A stretch of DNA of 64,000 nucleotides from Schizochytrium sp. TIO01 (taxonomy: Eukaryota; Protista; Bigyra: Labyrinthulomycetes), in contig SMSO01000031.1 of the NCBI GenBank assembly GCA_004764695.1, positions 7,050,761 through 7,114,760 on the forward strand, in the 5' to 3' direction. Within the stretch, counting starts at the first letter, position 1; each line of letters opens with the position of its first letter. This document shows, in pieces, positions 45,795 through 56,387 of the stretch. Position numbers and translations under genes: made by a program. The notes under the pieces are model-generated. The model was not told the DNA's origin. It saw only the letters and a program-made list of their open reading frames with translations, and searched no databases.

Positions 45795-48317
45795 TTAAAT
45801 GAGGACATCTTCTTCCGCATGGGCTAGGGAGAAGGGCACCCAAAGCGTCTGTTCTTCCTGAGTGAAAGTCACAGCAAGATGCTGGAGATGAGGGTTGGGG
45901 TCATTGATAGACGCACGATGCGCGACTGATATAACAATCTGCTCGCCAGGCGTGCCACGAAGACCCATTCGCACTCCACTATTTTGAACTGCCATCGAAG
46001 CAAAGCGGTATGCAGATACTGGAACAAACTTGGCTGCTTCACCAAGTACTGCAATTTGCGAGGCTTTACCATCGCCGAGCCAGGGAGCAGCATGAACTAA
46101 AGTAAAGTCGCTTGCCCCACCTTGGCGAACCATAAGTGGGTGGTTCGAGTCAAAAGTTCCCATAGTAGTGAAATTTTTAGGGCTGCCGTATCCAGTATAT
46201 GCCAAGTAATCACGATCAGGATCAACATCTACAGGAAGCATTTGTGGAGAGAGTTTAATATCTCTCTGGGAAAGGATTGCCATAACATGAACCCACTTCA
46301 GGCCTTGTACAGCTGTGTGAGTACTTGAGATCGCACAAATCTCGTGACCTTTCGTAGATAGAGTACTTCCCATATACATGTTCGGCGCAGCGCCGCCAAA
46401 CGCAGCCTCGATAAAACACTGATCAATTGATGTAAGAGGGCGCGAAGGTTGCAAGAGCCGCCCATCAGGCGTGCACATAAGGTCAATGATTTTCTTATCA
46501 GTATACCCCACCTTGTCACCTGTTTGTACAGGTCCAGTGCTGTAAATGGCTACAGCAGCAATCATCTCCGCATTTGGCTCCTCGGCATCTTCAACATAAG
46601 GATTGCCTGGTTGGACCTGTGAAGTCCAGAAGACGTCCTTGGCAGGGGCAAGATCAAGCGACCAAAGAAGCAATGATGTCGTTTGAATATAGTATAAGCA
46701 GTATGGAAAACGACACTCCTTCGTGTTGCCAGGATGGTAATCATCTCCTGCGCGGACCTGCGTTACAGCAGGCAGTTGCGTGCTATGCATCACCATGCGG
46801 GGCAGTGGCATGCAATACTGAATCGATACATTCCAAGCAAGTGCGGCGCGGCCCATCTGCTCAAGCCAATCATACCCGAGGTTCGGATCCTTCATTAAAT
46901 GTTCCGACATTCCCTCGAACTCATTGTACAGCCAGTCTTGTTCATATACGAACATGCCTTGCTTTGTCATATTCTTCATCAAGTCATTCCAGAAAGCTTG
47001 CTCTGTAGGTACCGAGAAGGCATCTTGAACGCGAAATTGATATTTCCCGCCGTTCTCCGCGCGGTAAACATTATCCGGGGACCAGTATCGATTATGCAGA
47101 AACAAAGGCCAGTTTGTCTTTTCCGAAAATGCAGCCAGTCCATGAGGGAAAACATCATCGCGGGCTTCCCATTCAGCAACACCACCGCCTTCGCCTCGTC
47201 TATACCACCATGAGTCAAGTTGGATATACCGATATGGAATTTTAGCATTTTGGGCATCTGCGTACACCTTGAACATTGTCTGTTCATAGTCAACGTCGTT
47301 TTCAGTCTTATAATAGTAATAAGCTCCGTTGTCTGTGATATAGCCCAAGTAAGACAGCGAAATATCTCGCTCCCGCGCAGCCTGACGTTCTTCATGGATA
47401 TCGTGATACCGTAAGATTGTATCGCCAAGTTGTTTACAGGCAAGTGTAACACTTTGCTTGGTAAATGTAAAGACTGTACGAAGTTCGTACCCGGCAGGCA
47501 CATGATCGATCGAGCCAAGTAGACCCATGGCGAAAATTTCCCCGTCACGAATGTTGAGAGCCTCCATGTTGGAGGACATGGACCGTGTGAGCGGAGCCAC
47601 TGCTAGGTTCCAGGTCATGTTTAGGTCGAAAAAGATCAACGGGCCTGCGCGCTCACCGCCAAGTTCGTGCGTTGCATATCCTAAAACACTTGCTGCACTC
47701 CGCTGCATAAATCGATCGTTGAAGGAAAGGTAGCCAATGTTAAGTTGTGTAAGGTAATCCACAAATTCAAGGGGTCTTTCTTTACGAATTTTTTCATAGT
47801 ATTCTGGAGCGATAGAAAGCCCTGGCCAGTGAGATGCTGCGTGGTTTGCACGCCCCACTGAGGTTCCATTCGCTCCTTGTGGCCAATGTTGAACAAACAC
47901 TAAGGTTTCTTCATCATCATACTGGAGAATGGCCGTCTCAAAAGTCCATTCCTGCTCATTTCCCCCAGTCTCAGACCATATGAACCTCGTTTCTTCAAAA
48001 TGACCAATTTTATCTGCGCCACTTGAGGTTGTCACATTAACAAGCTCGAGGTCTTTTCCAGCCTTTAGTGTTTTGCCATCCTTGGTCGTGCGGACAGGCA
48101 AACTAGAAAATGTTGCTTCTTGATCCTTCAATACACTTAGTGAAAAGTGCCCTTTCTTCGAGTCCACGGCCACAGAAAGTTTGGCCTCGACTGGGTTTTC
48201 TACCTGATCTGCGAGGCAGGGTCTAGAGGACGAGGAGCCCAGAGAGCCTGCAGGGCCCTCTGCCTGCACGCTTTGCAGCTGGAGCACGGCCAAGAGCACG
48301 CCGAACAAGAATCGCAT
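45795..48317 (-). CDS. Secreted glycoside hydrolase-like protein, clan GH-D (GH27/31/36)-like TIM barrel
   Basis: The ATG at 48317 gives the signal peptide MRFLFGVLLAVLQLQSVQA. Motifs YIQLDSWWY, VYEQDWL, QYCM and QVRAGDDY occur in the order expected for GH-D strand and catalytic motifs. Confidence 0.7.
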   Translation of the reverse strand: MRFLFGVLLAVLQLQSVQAEGPAGSLGSSSSRPCLADQVENPVEAKLSVAVDSKKGHFSLSVLKDQEATFSSLPVRTTKDGKTLKAGKDLELVNVTTSSGADKIGHFEETRFIWSETGGNEQEWTFETAILQYDDEETLVFVQHWPQGANGTSVGRANHAASHWPGLSIAPEYYEKIRKERPLEFVDYLTQLNIGYLSFNDRFMQRSAASVLGYATHELGGERAGPLIFFDLNMTWNLAVAPLTRSMSSNMEALNIRDGEIFAMGLLGSIDHVPAGYELRTVFTFTKQSVTLACKQLGDTILRYHDIHEERQAARERDISLSYLGYITDNGAYYYYKTENDVDYEQTMFKVYADAQNAKIPYRYIQLDSWWYRRGEGGGVAEWEARDDVFPHGLAAFSEKTNWPLFLHNRYWSPDNVYRAENGGKYQFRVQDAFSVPTEQAFWNDLMKNMTKQGMFVYEQDWLYNEFEGMSEHLMKDPNLGYDWLEQMGRAALAWNVSIQYCMPLPRMVMHSTQLPAVTQVRAGDDYHPGNTKECRFPYCLYYIQTTSLLLWSLDLAPAKDVFWTSQVQPGNPYVEDAEEPNAEMIAAVAIYSTGPVQTGDKVGYTDKKIIDLMCTPDGRLLQPSRPLTSIDQCFIEAAFGGAAPNMYMGSTLSTKGHEICAISSTHTAVQGLKWVHVMAILSQRDIKLSPQMLPVDVDPDRDYLAYTGYGSPKNFTTMGTFDSNHPLMVRQGGASDFTLVHAAPWLGDGKASQIAVLGEAAKFVPVSAYRFASMAVQNSGVRMGLRGTPGEQIVISVAHRASINDPNPHLQHLAVTFTQEEQTLWVPFSLAHAEEDVLI

Positions 48318-49268
48318 GATTCTGTGCCGTGGCACGATTCCAGGTCTGTCCGCTTTTTCATCATTCAGCCATTTCTATCAAGTGAACCCAACGAATGGAA
48401 AAGATATTTATTCATTGTAAACGAAGAAGCAGAACAAAAAGAACAAAAAGAACAAAAGGAAACGAAACATTAGGGTATTCGTACTCACTACTAACATCTT
48501 TTAATTTAAAAGTATCTTATAAGGAAGCAAAATCTAGGAACTGGTATGTATGGTACGAGTACTAATAACCTGTTCATTAATTTATCTTCTTCTTGTTTGA
48601 CTCCATGATGAAGCTTGGATCTCCTTCAAGTTGAGTTTTCTTCTTCGAGTTTGTCCATGCTAGGATCTAAAAGTGACAAGCTCAAATTCGTTATGATAGC
48701 ATCACGATGGAGGGAACAAAGTGAAGTGCCGTGATGCTAAATTTGGTTCTCTCTGGGGCTTTCCAAAATCCGTTGAAACTACCCAAATACATCACATTGC
48801 TACTACCAACTATCTTGCCAAGGTCTTTTGATGTCCTAGATCAAAAAAGGAGATCAAGTTATTGGGACGCCATCGCTGTGCTTTGATTATTTAATTTAAG
48901 AACATAGAACGAACGCGGGCTTTCTTAAAATAGTGAACAAGCGATGACCGCACCCCCCCGAGATGCTCATGCCACATTACAAATTACACAAGAAGAACAG
49001 AAAAAGGTCAAGTTTGCAAAAAAAATTCATCAAATTTGGCGATTAGCGCAGGTATACATTACATCACCACCGTTTTACCACGCAGTAGCGAGGGAACCAC
49101 ACGATGAAATGCTGCTTCTTTACATAATGAAAAACAAAATGAGAAGCAAATCGTGGGTAGGGTGAGTAGGAAAAAATGTAAAGGAAAAGGAGCGAAGGCA
49201 GGCGGGGATCTATGTAGGATGGTTTTGTCTAAGATGTGCAATGTCAAGTCGGGCAGGGAGGTATCGGT

Positions 49269-52202
49269 TTAAGCAATCCTAACACCAGCTTCTTGGCACA
49301 ATGTCTGAAAGACAGTTTCAAAGTTAGGCTTGTTGGCGAGAGCCTGCTTAATGAGCGGCATGAAGGTACCCGGTGCTGCCTGAGAAGCCTGCGCCAGGGT
49401 CTTGACAAAGAAGATCTTGGGGTTCTCGACCTCCTTAAATGAGTCACGTACCTCAGTCTGGCCATAAACAAGCTTGGAAAACGAAGATGCGTATCCAGTC
49501 TCGGTGATCTGCTCAAGCAGGTCCTCCTGAGAGTCAAGGTCAACGACAGGTGCAGGAGACTCGAGGATGTTAAGAATGGCGACAAAGGCGTTCGGCCACA
49601 CCGAACCAGCAAGGGGCGGTGTGCGAAGATCCTTGGACTCCGCAATAATACGGGTCAAAGAAATAGCGCATGCCTTGCGGTCAGTGACACTCTTGATGGC
49701 CGCAGAACTGGGGATCCACACCTGCGCAATGTAATCATTCAGACCAAAACCGCTCTGGCTAGCTTGCATGGCCTGCTGGACATCCTGCACACCATGTTTA
49801 CCCACAAGCACAGAGAAAAAGTTGGTCATGGAGAGGGCAAACTCCTTGGTGTTGATCTGCTGCAGGCGGGTGAAGTTAAGCTCCAAGATCTTGGGCAAGT
49901 AGTTACGGTATGCCTCAGGCGGGAGAAACTCCACAATACCAATGAGTAAACGGAAGGACATATCTGCGGTGGATTTTTGAGCCATCAACATCTGGTAAAT
50001 GCCAAGCAAGCCCTCGAGCTGTTTCGGGTTGGAGCCTACAGTTTCTGCCGCAGCCTTGCGCATGTATGCCTCGAGGAGGCGTACCAAGGCAGGGTGGTTA
50101 CCAGCATTTTTCCAGTTGTCCGGGTGAAGGAGCGGCTGAAACAGCGAAAGGTATCCTTGTGAGATTTGGCTCGGGCGCAGTTCGAGGAGCTGAGCAAGGA
50201 TCTGGAACACATAAGGAGTGAGCTCGCTAATCTCTTGTTGCAAGACAACCTGGAAAGGAGGCATGAGACGATTCTCAAACTCCTCAGCGAACTGAGCATT
50301 AATTGTGCATGCGCTACGGATAAGGGCGGCAATGGACTCAAAGAGGAAGTGAATAAACTTCGGGTTCTGCGGGTTCTGGCACACGCGGCCGAGTACCGTG
50401 TTCAACTTATCGAGTACACCATTCGTGGCCTGTGCGATTGTTGCAGGCTGTGCCTTGGTGATGATGCGCATGACAGCCTTGACAACGTACTCGTTCTCGA
50501 CTCCGCCTTCGTGAGACTCAAGAATGGCAAACAAGTTGGTCATAGCCGGTGCCAAGATCGGGTTCAGATCCTCAGAGGTGTACACAAAGCGCTTGCGGCC
50601 GTTAGGGCCAGGCTGCGGGTCACGGATCATAAAGATGCGGTCGAGAGCTTGTGCAGCGTATGTATGGACCACGAAGGAGCTGGCCTTGAGCAAGTTGGTG
50701 AGGCAAGGCAAAACCTGAAGGACCATGTCGCGGGGCATCTGATTTCTAAATGTGGTAAAAAACTTGATCACATCTGCCTTAACCACAGGCTGAGAGTCAA
50801 TGTTGCTCGAGGTGAGTTCGGGCAGGATGAGCTGCGTGAAGAACTCATTCACGTTCACGTTGGGGTTCACCTCGCTGACACCACCGACTAGAGAGTACCG
50901 GCGCACGGCCACGGCAAGCATAAGGGTGATAGCAGTGTCCATCTGGTACCAGTTTTGCGACGGGTTGGCGCGGTACTCGTTAACAAGAGCTGTGACGACA
51001 GTTTCGCAGAGCTTAGTGGTTTGCTCGTCGAATTGGCGGCACATAGCGCGTACAAGATCGCAAGCCATGCGACGACGAGTCTCGCTGTCGCTTCCTTCGA
51101 TATCGCGGCGAATGTATTCCATAGGGTTGTCCTCGAAGGTCTCGTAGTCGCTCTCACGGAGGCGAAGGTTGGGAACCACGATCTTCTCAATGATTTCTTG
51201 CAAAGTGCTGGGCTGTGCAAAAAGCTCCTTCTGACGTACGTTGCCAATGAGCTTCGCAAGGAACTCCAGGGCCATGGTGACGAGGCCGTCGTAACGAGCA
51301 AGCGTCGGTGTCTTGTTGAGGAGGTTCCAGGTTGTGATTGCGAAGTCCTTGATGTGCGGCTGAAATTCCTCCTCATACTTGGATAGGTAGAGGGAGAGGT
51401 TCTTAATGATGGCCTCCTGGACAAGCTCGATCTTACCCGGCTGGTCTTCGTCATCGCTCTCCAGAATATTGTTCTCGTACACCAGGAGCTTGTGAAACTC
51501 GGTCATCCACTCTGCGATGTGCTCCTCAAAGTACTCAGGAAGATCCTGCCAGTTGAGCGAGTAAAAGATTCGGGTCAAAAGGCGAACTGCTGTAAAGACA
51601 TTGGATAGAACCTCCTGGTTATTGGCATTGGCCTCGATCATGCTCGTGCACTGCTTAAAGAAGACCAGCAGAGGTGCCTGAAACTGCTCCAGACAGTACT
51701 TAAGCTTGAGAAAGAGATCGTCAGAGGCCTGTTCGTCACGGAACATCTTGAAGAGGGTGTTTGCAGTCTCAAGCAGACCCACGATGACAGTGAAGTCCTG
51801 CGTAGATCCGAGCTTCTGCGTGAGATCAGGGAGAAGGGATTGCCACTTGTTAGGGAAGTCGCTCTTGCCGATGATGCGGATTGCTTCTCCGAGCTGCACC
51901 TGGACCTGACGGTTAACCTGGCACATGAGAGTCAACAGGTTAGCCTTGATCTGCTCGCGTTCTTCATTTGAGAGAATGTTGTTCGGGTCCTCGACCCAGA
52001 ACTTCTTCACAAGGTTCTTGAAGTATACAGAGCCTGCCTGTTGGATGCCAGGTGTTGCATTCTGGGCCTCGAGGAGTCCGAGAAGCTGCACTGCAAATCC
52101 GGACTGCGAGGTCATTTGGTCCAGGGTCTTTTCTGCTGCCCGCCGCGTTTCTGCGACAGGGCTGAGCGTGTTGCTCAGAAGCGTTGCCACATCGTTGGAC
52201 AT
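49269..52202 (-). CDS. CSE1: Exportin-2 / importin-alpha re-exporter
   Basis: 977 aa with an importin-beta N-terminal domain (TLSP...RRAAE; VYFKN), DFP.KW..LLPDL, FYSLNWQDLPEYFEE, FEDNPMEYIRRDIEGSDSETRRR and PYVFQILAQLLE. Confidence 0.96.
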   Translation of the reverse strand: MSNDVATLLSNTLSPVAETRRAAEKTLDQMTSQSGFAVQLLGLLEAQNATPGIQQAGSVYFKNLVKKFWVEDPNNILSNEEREQIKANLLTLMCQVNRQVQVQLGEAIRIIGKSDFPNKWQSLLPDLTQKLGSTQDFTVIVGLLETANTLFKMFRDEQASDDLFLKLKYCLEQFQAPLLVFFKQCTSMIEANANNQEVLSNVFTAVRLLTRIFYSLNWQDLPEYFEEHIAEWMTEFHKLLVYENNILESDDEDQPGKIELVQEAIIKNLSLYLSKYEEEFQPHIKDFAITTWNLLNKTPTLARYDGLVTMALEFLAKLIGNVRQKELFAQPSTLQEIIEKIVVPNLRLRESDYETFEDNPMEYIRRDIEGSDSETRRRMACDLVRAMCRQFDEQTTKLCETVVTALVNEYRANPSQNWYQMDTAITLMLAVAVRRYSLVGGVSEVNPNVNVNEFFTQLILPELTSSNIDSQPVVKADVIKFFTTFRNQMPRDMVLQVLPCLTNLLKASSFVVHTYAAQALDRIFMIRDPQPGPNGRKRFVYTSEDLNPILAPAMTNLFAILESHEGGVENEYVVKAVMRIITKAQPATIAQATNGVLDKLNTVLGRVCQNPQNPKFIHFLFESIAALIRSACTINAQFAEEFENRLMPPFQVVLQQEISELTPYVFQILAQLLELRPSQISQGYLSLFQPLLHPDNWKNAGNHPALVRLLEAYMRKAAAETVGSNPKQLEGLLGIYQMLMAQKSTADMSFRLLIGIVEFLPPEAYRNYLPKILELNFTRLQQINTKEFALSMTNFFSVLVGKHGVQDVQQAMQASQSGFGLNDYIAQVWIPSSAAIKSVTDRKACAISLTRIIAESKDLRTPPLAGSVWPNAFVAILNILESPAPVVDLDSQEDLLEQITETGYASSFSKLVYGQTEVRDSFKEVENPKIFFVKTLAQASQAAPGTFMPLIKQALANKPNFETVFQTLCQEAGVRIA

Positions 52203-52517
52203 TGTGCTTGCTGGTGTCTTTTTTTAATATTGGATCCCCGCTAGTGTTCTTGAGTCAACTCGCGTTGCCGCTTCTTGCGAAGTGGATCGATCGATTTCTG
52301 TTCTTAGTTCGTCCGATGGAATCGACGGAGCAATCGAAAGATCGATCAACGTTGCGGTTCGCGAAAACCTCGAGTGCAAACGGGACCCCGTGGCAACTCC
52401 AAGTCAACGACGCCTCAACACGAGCACTCACGAAGGAGCGCCAAACACGTCACGCGCTTTCGCACGCCCGGACACAAGTTGATATATATGGATTTGCAGG
52501 AGCTGTTGCACGTCTCT

Positions 52518-53075
52518 CCTCATTCATCCATCCTTTCATTCATTCTTTCATTCATTCTTTCATTTAATCACCCATTCAATCACTCATTCTTTCTCTTCTC
52601 TCTCTTTCGCGATCATTATTAGAAAGAAACAGTTATCCCTTCTTCTCCTTTCTTTTTCGTATCTTTGGGATTCATTCATTCATTCATTCATTCTTCCTGC
52701 CGCTATACTCGACTGTACCGCAAGTGAAGCAAACCCGCCTCTAAACTGCGTTATACCCCTATACTCCACTTGCGCGCCTATACTTCACTTGCGCGCCCCC
52801 AAGCTGAGGCTCCGGAACGCCTTTTCGCGCTTTGAAATTGCAATCGAAGTCTGTCTGAGAGAGAGACGCTTAGATGGTTATGCGCCCGTTTCACGCAATC
52901 AATCAATCAATCAAACAAACAAACAAACAAACCACAATCGCTCACTCTGCAATCGCAACGGGTGGAGCCTGAGCAAGCCACTCTAGTGGCGGAGGCTGAC
53001 TAAGCTTTCCCCAAGCTAGCTAGCTAGCCAGCGAGTCAGCAAAAGCAAATGAAAACGAATGAATGAATGAGTGAA
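52518..53075. repeat. Microsatellite island (TTCA)n, (AATC)n(AAAC)n, (GCTA)n, (GAAT)n, plus a 19-bp tandem at 52758-52795
   Basis: Read directly from the sequence; it lies in the divergent CSE1/SLX1 intergenic region. Confidence 0.85.
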
Positions 53076-53660
53076 TTGAGTGCGCCATATTTATTCTATT
53101 GGCTGCAGAAGGCGCCTAACGGCGAGTGGGACTCTTACCGTTAACGGTAGCCGATCCCCTAGATGGGCAGGTACCACGATTGTCCTTCGAGGCCATAAAG
53201 AACACCTTTGGAACGAAAAGAACGGGCGCCTGAGAAGACAGTGAAATGAGGAGACGAAGAAATCGCCAAATCTGAAACGAAGTCAGGCAGACAGGTCCCG
53301 GGGCGATGCGAGCGGAGAGAGAGCCCTCGGGGAGCTTTGGGCGTCTTGAGCTGGGCTCTGCGACTCGTTGTTGCCAGGCGCTCTCCTGGAATGCCTCTGT
53401 TGATGGGCTTGCGATTGAGAGGTTGAGAACTAACTAATGCCTGCCGAGGCTGCTGCGGATATTCGTTGGGTATTTTCCAACGGAATTGGAAAGTGCTCTC
53501 AAGTCAAAGCCACGTTGTACAGAGAGGATTCGTCGATCTCAAACGCTTCGCAGAACCGGAACTCGGTCAGAAACTCCGCCGCATCTTCCGTCGCTGCTGC
53601 CGCCGCAGCCGCCATTGGTGCGGACGGGGCGAGGAGACACTGCGGTGCTTGCTGACTGTG

Positions 53661-54560
53661 ATGCACTGCTGCTACCTGCTTACGCCGGAATTTGATCGCG
53701 CCGGGACTCGCACATACATTGGGTACACAGTAGATCCTGGTCGCCGCATCCGTCAACACAATGGCGAGCTTACACTCGGGGCGAAGCGAACGCGCTGGCA
53801 CCGCCCTTGGAGGTTCGTGTGTGTGGTGATGGGCCTCCCGTCACGGTTCTCAGGGCTCAGCTTGGAGTGGGCGTGGCAAAACCCACTCAAGGGCCGTCAC
53901 ACCAAGACGCAGATGGCACCATTCGCATCGGTGCGTGGCATGGGCCCTCGATATGGAGTGCGGCGCAAGCTGCTTGAGCTTAAACTTATGCTCTCAAGTT
54001 GCAAGCCTTTCTCGGAGATGCCACTACATGTGTGTTTTCAGCGACGTGAGGAGTGGCTTTTCTTTGAGCAAATCGACAAAGTCCCAGCGGTTCCGCGCCA
54101 TGTTGTTGTTGAGGCGCGTGAAATCGTTGAAGTTTTCAAGGATCTCAAGGCATCAATTGGTGCGCAGACTATTACTACAGCAAGTTTGTCTTCGCAAAGC
54201 TCACTACGGGCCTCCTCTGTCTCGAATTTGCAAGCATGCAACTCCAGTTCTACGAGTTTCGAAAAGAACAATGAAAACTGCCAAGTGGCCATCATTGTTT
54301 GTGCATTGTGCGAAGGGAACTTCACTCATGGAAGGCCGGCGATGCTACATCAGTCTTGTGGACTTGTGGCACATCCAGTGTGTCTCGCCAGGGAGTTCCT
54401 TTTTGAGGATCGGGAGAGATTGAAGCCGCTGACGGGGAATTGCCCTTTGTGTGAGGAGGAGCTGGGATGGGCAGAGATGGTGCGGCAGTCAGTCATTGTT
54501 AAAGTCCAGGAAACCGCAGGCGAGGAAACTGCCGCTGATGTTGCCGACTTAGCTTCATAA
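53661..54560 (+). CDS. SLX1: Structure-specific endonuclease subunit SLX1 (GIY-YIG plus C-terminal Zn finger)
   Basis: First in-frame ATG is at 53661. Motifs are CCYLL..RTYIGYTVDPGRRIRQHNGEL..GAKRT...RPW and LEWAWQNP, with C-terminal CxxC..C...H..CLA..F..CPLC...L.W. Confidence 0.92.
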   Translation: MHCCYLLTPEFDRAGTRTYIGYTVDPGRRIRQHNGELTLGAKRTRWHRPWRFVCVVMGLPSRFSGLSLEWAWQNPLKGRHTKTQMAPFASVRGMGPRYGVRRKLLELKLMLSSCKPFSEMPLHVCFQRREEWLFFEQIDKVPAVPRHVVVEAREIVEVFKDLKASIGAQTITTASLSSQSSLRASSVSNLQACNSSSTSFEKNNENCQVAIIVCALCEGNFTHGRPAMLHQSCGLVAHPVCLAREFLFEDRERLKPLTGNCPLCEEELGWAEMVRQSVIVKVQETAGEETAADVADLAS

Positions 54561-55009
54561 AAAGGATTTGGTGTGCTTGTTCGTCCGGTCTTTTGTGTTT
54601 CCTTCTATTTAATATGATGCTACCGGTTTATAGATACACCATCATCAACATTTTTGCAAAGTAAATGAGGTGCGTGGGGAGCGCTGCTTCGTTATCAAAG
54701 AGCTATACAACTTGGAATCAAATCAAATGGACGCGTCAGGCAGTGTCTATATTTAAAGGTAACCCCGAAGTCAATAGGAGGAGACAACAAGGATGTAAAT
54801 TACTATGGTCGGTGTTATCCTGATTGCAACTCTCAACTAGGTTATTTTTGGTAAAAATACTGTCATTTTACATGTTTTGTGATTTTAAAATGAGAGCGGG
54901 AAAGCGGATGGAAACAGATATTTATGAATGGGTAAAGTCAATTATTTGCAGTATTCGTTATTGTTATTACAGTCTGAGCAAAGTGAGCGGAGAGTGCGAC
55001 AATTCGCAG

Positions 55010-56387
55010 TTATGCGACTTGCGTAGAGGTTTCCTCATCGCCCTTCATAGAAGACGAAAAGCCACGAACCAGATGAAATCCTCGATGAGCTGGTGATCGC
55101 TGCTGCGGTTGGGGTTGATCTTCGATATCTCTTCCGAGGGCACTATTTGTTGGAGACCCGCCTGGAGCAGCACGCGCGTTGTTTCTTGAGCTATCAAGAA
55201 TCCATCTCGCAAAGGATTTGCCAAAACGGGCACTGGGAATTTCAATAAAATGGTACGCAGGTACAGCCAAACAAAATGCTGAAAGAAAACCAAAAATGTA
55301 AAGTACCGCCTTAGGCGCGTACGGTTGAACATTCACAGCATAAATAGAAAACACGAGAACATGCCAAATATAAAGCTGATAACTGTAAGGCGCCAATTTC
55401 TCCATCAAGTAGTTATCGAGTAACCGTTGGAGAAACCTAGGGGCATAGAGAATAAAGAAAAGAAAACCAGTTGCTGACACAGTCAGGCATATATATTGTC
55501 CATAGAACTGACCGGGCCACCATGGCATGGAAACCATTGTACACGCCACAAGAAGTAAGGCGGCTCGTAGAGGATTTGCAAATTCGTAGTTGTTGTATAC
55601 ATCCGCCAGAGCAACACCAAGTACAACACCTGTGAAATATGAATAGTTGTTCACATCAACGAAGCTGCCACATAAATACAGCACAACAAGAAGGTACCAA
55701 ACAGCTCTGCCTCGAGGTGGTGCCGATTGAACCGGCAGCTGTATCGCTAACGCAACGAATGGAGCTAGGAATAATGCCTCGAGAATCCATAGAGAACCAC
55801 TTAATGAGCTTGACCAAATGCCTCTTAGACCAACCTTGTATCCGCCCATGACCCGATCATGCGAAGAAAAACTTAAGTAAGGACCATAGGCTAGGAATTG
55901 TGACCAAAGAACAAGATGCATAACCTGTACCGGGAACTAGAGGCAATGCAAGTCGCCAAAACCTGCCTAGAAGAGCCTTTTGATATCTTGTAAAGAGCAC
56001 TTTGCCGATTTGACTAGGGTCATCTTGCTCGCCCGGCTTTTCACTTGCATCCTCTCGCTCTACACGCGATCGAAGCTGGCACCATACATCGTGTGCAGCA
56101 ACAAATCCTGCTAGTGCCAGAAAAACCTCAACTGCCAGGTGTCCTGGTCCAAAGCTAATGATGTAAAAGAAAAACTCTGCAAACCCGCTGCTACCCGTAT
56201 CCAAGGATGTCTGCAGCCGTCTGTTTCGAGTTGACCTAAGGCCTAAGGCTGCTTGTTGGCTTGCGAGGAGGTTTGGATCCCAAAGGTCTTCGTCGAGTGC
56301 TCCAATATGGTGAAAGACCACAATGATCGCTGAGACCACTCTTGCGCCGTTTAACACTCCTACTAGGCGTGGCCTTGAAACCATCAT
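55010..56387 (-). CDS. Acyltransferase family 3 (OafA-like) multi-pass membrane protein, split by a +1 frame break near 55930
   Basis: The N-part has LNGARVVSAIIVVFHH, GHLAVEVFLALAGFV and RFWRLALP. The C-part has SLWILEA, YFTGVVLGVALA, LAPYSYQLYIWH and YHFIEIP. Confidence 0.78.

Noticed and set aside
50166-51454. Long overlapping ORFs (for example 241 aa) within CSE1, and similar ones within KLHDC4, DARS2 and the lectin gene
   Set aside because: These are shadow frames produced by GC3-biased codons and carry no recognisable motifs.
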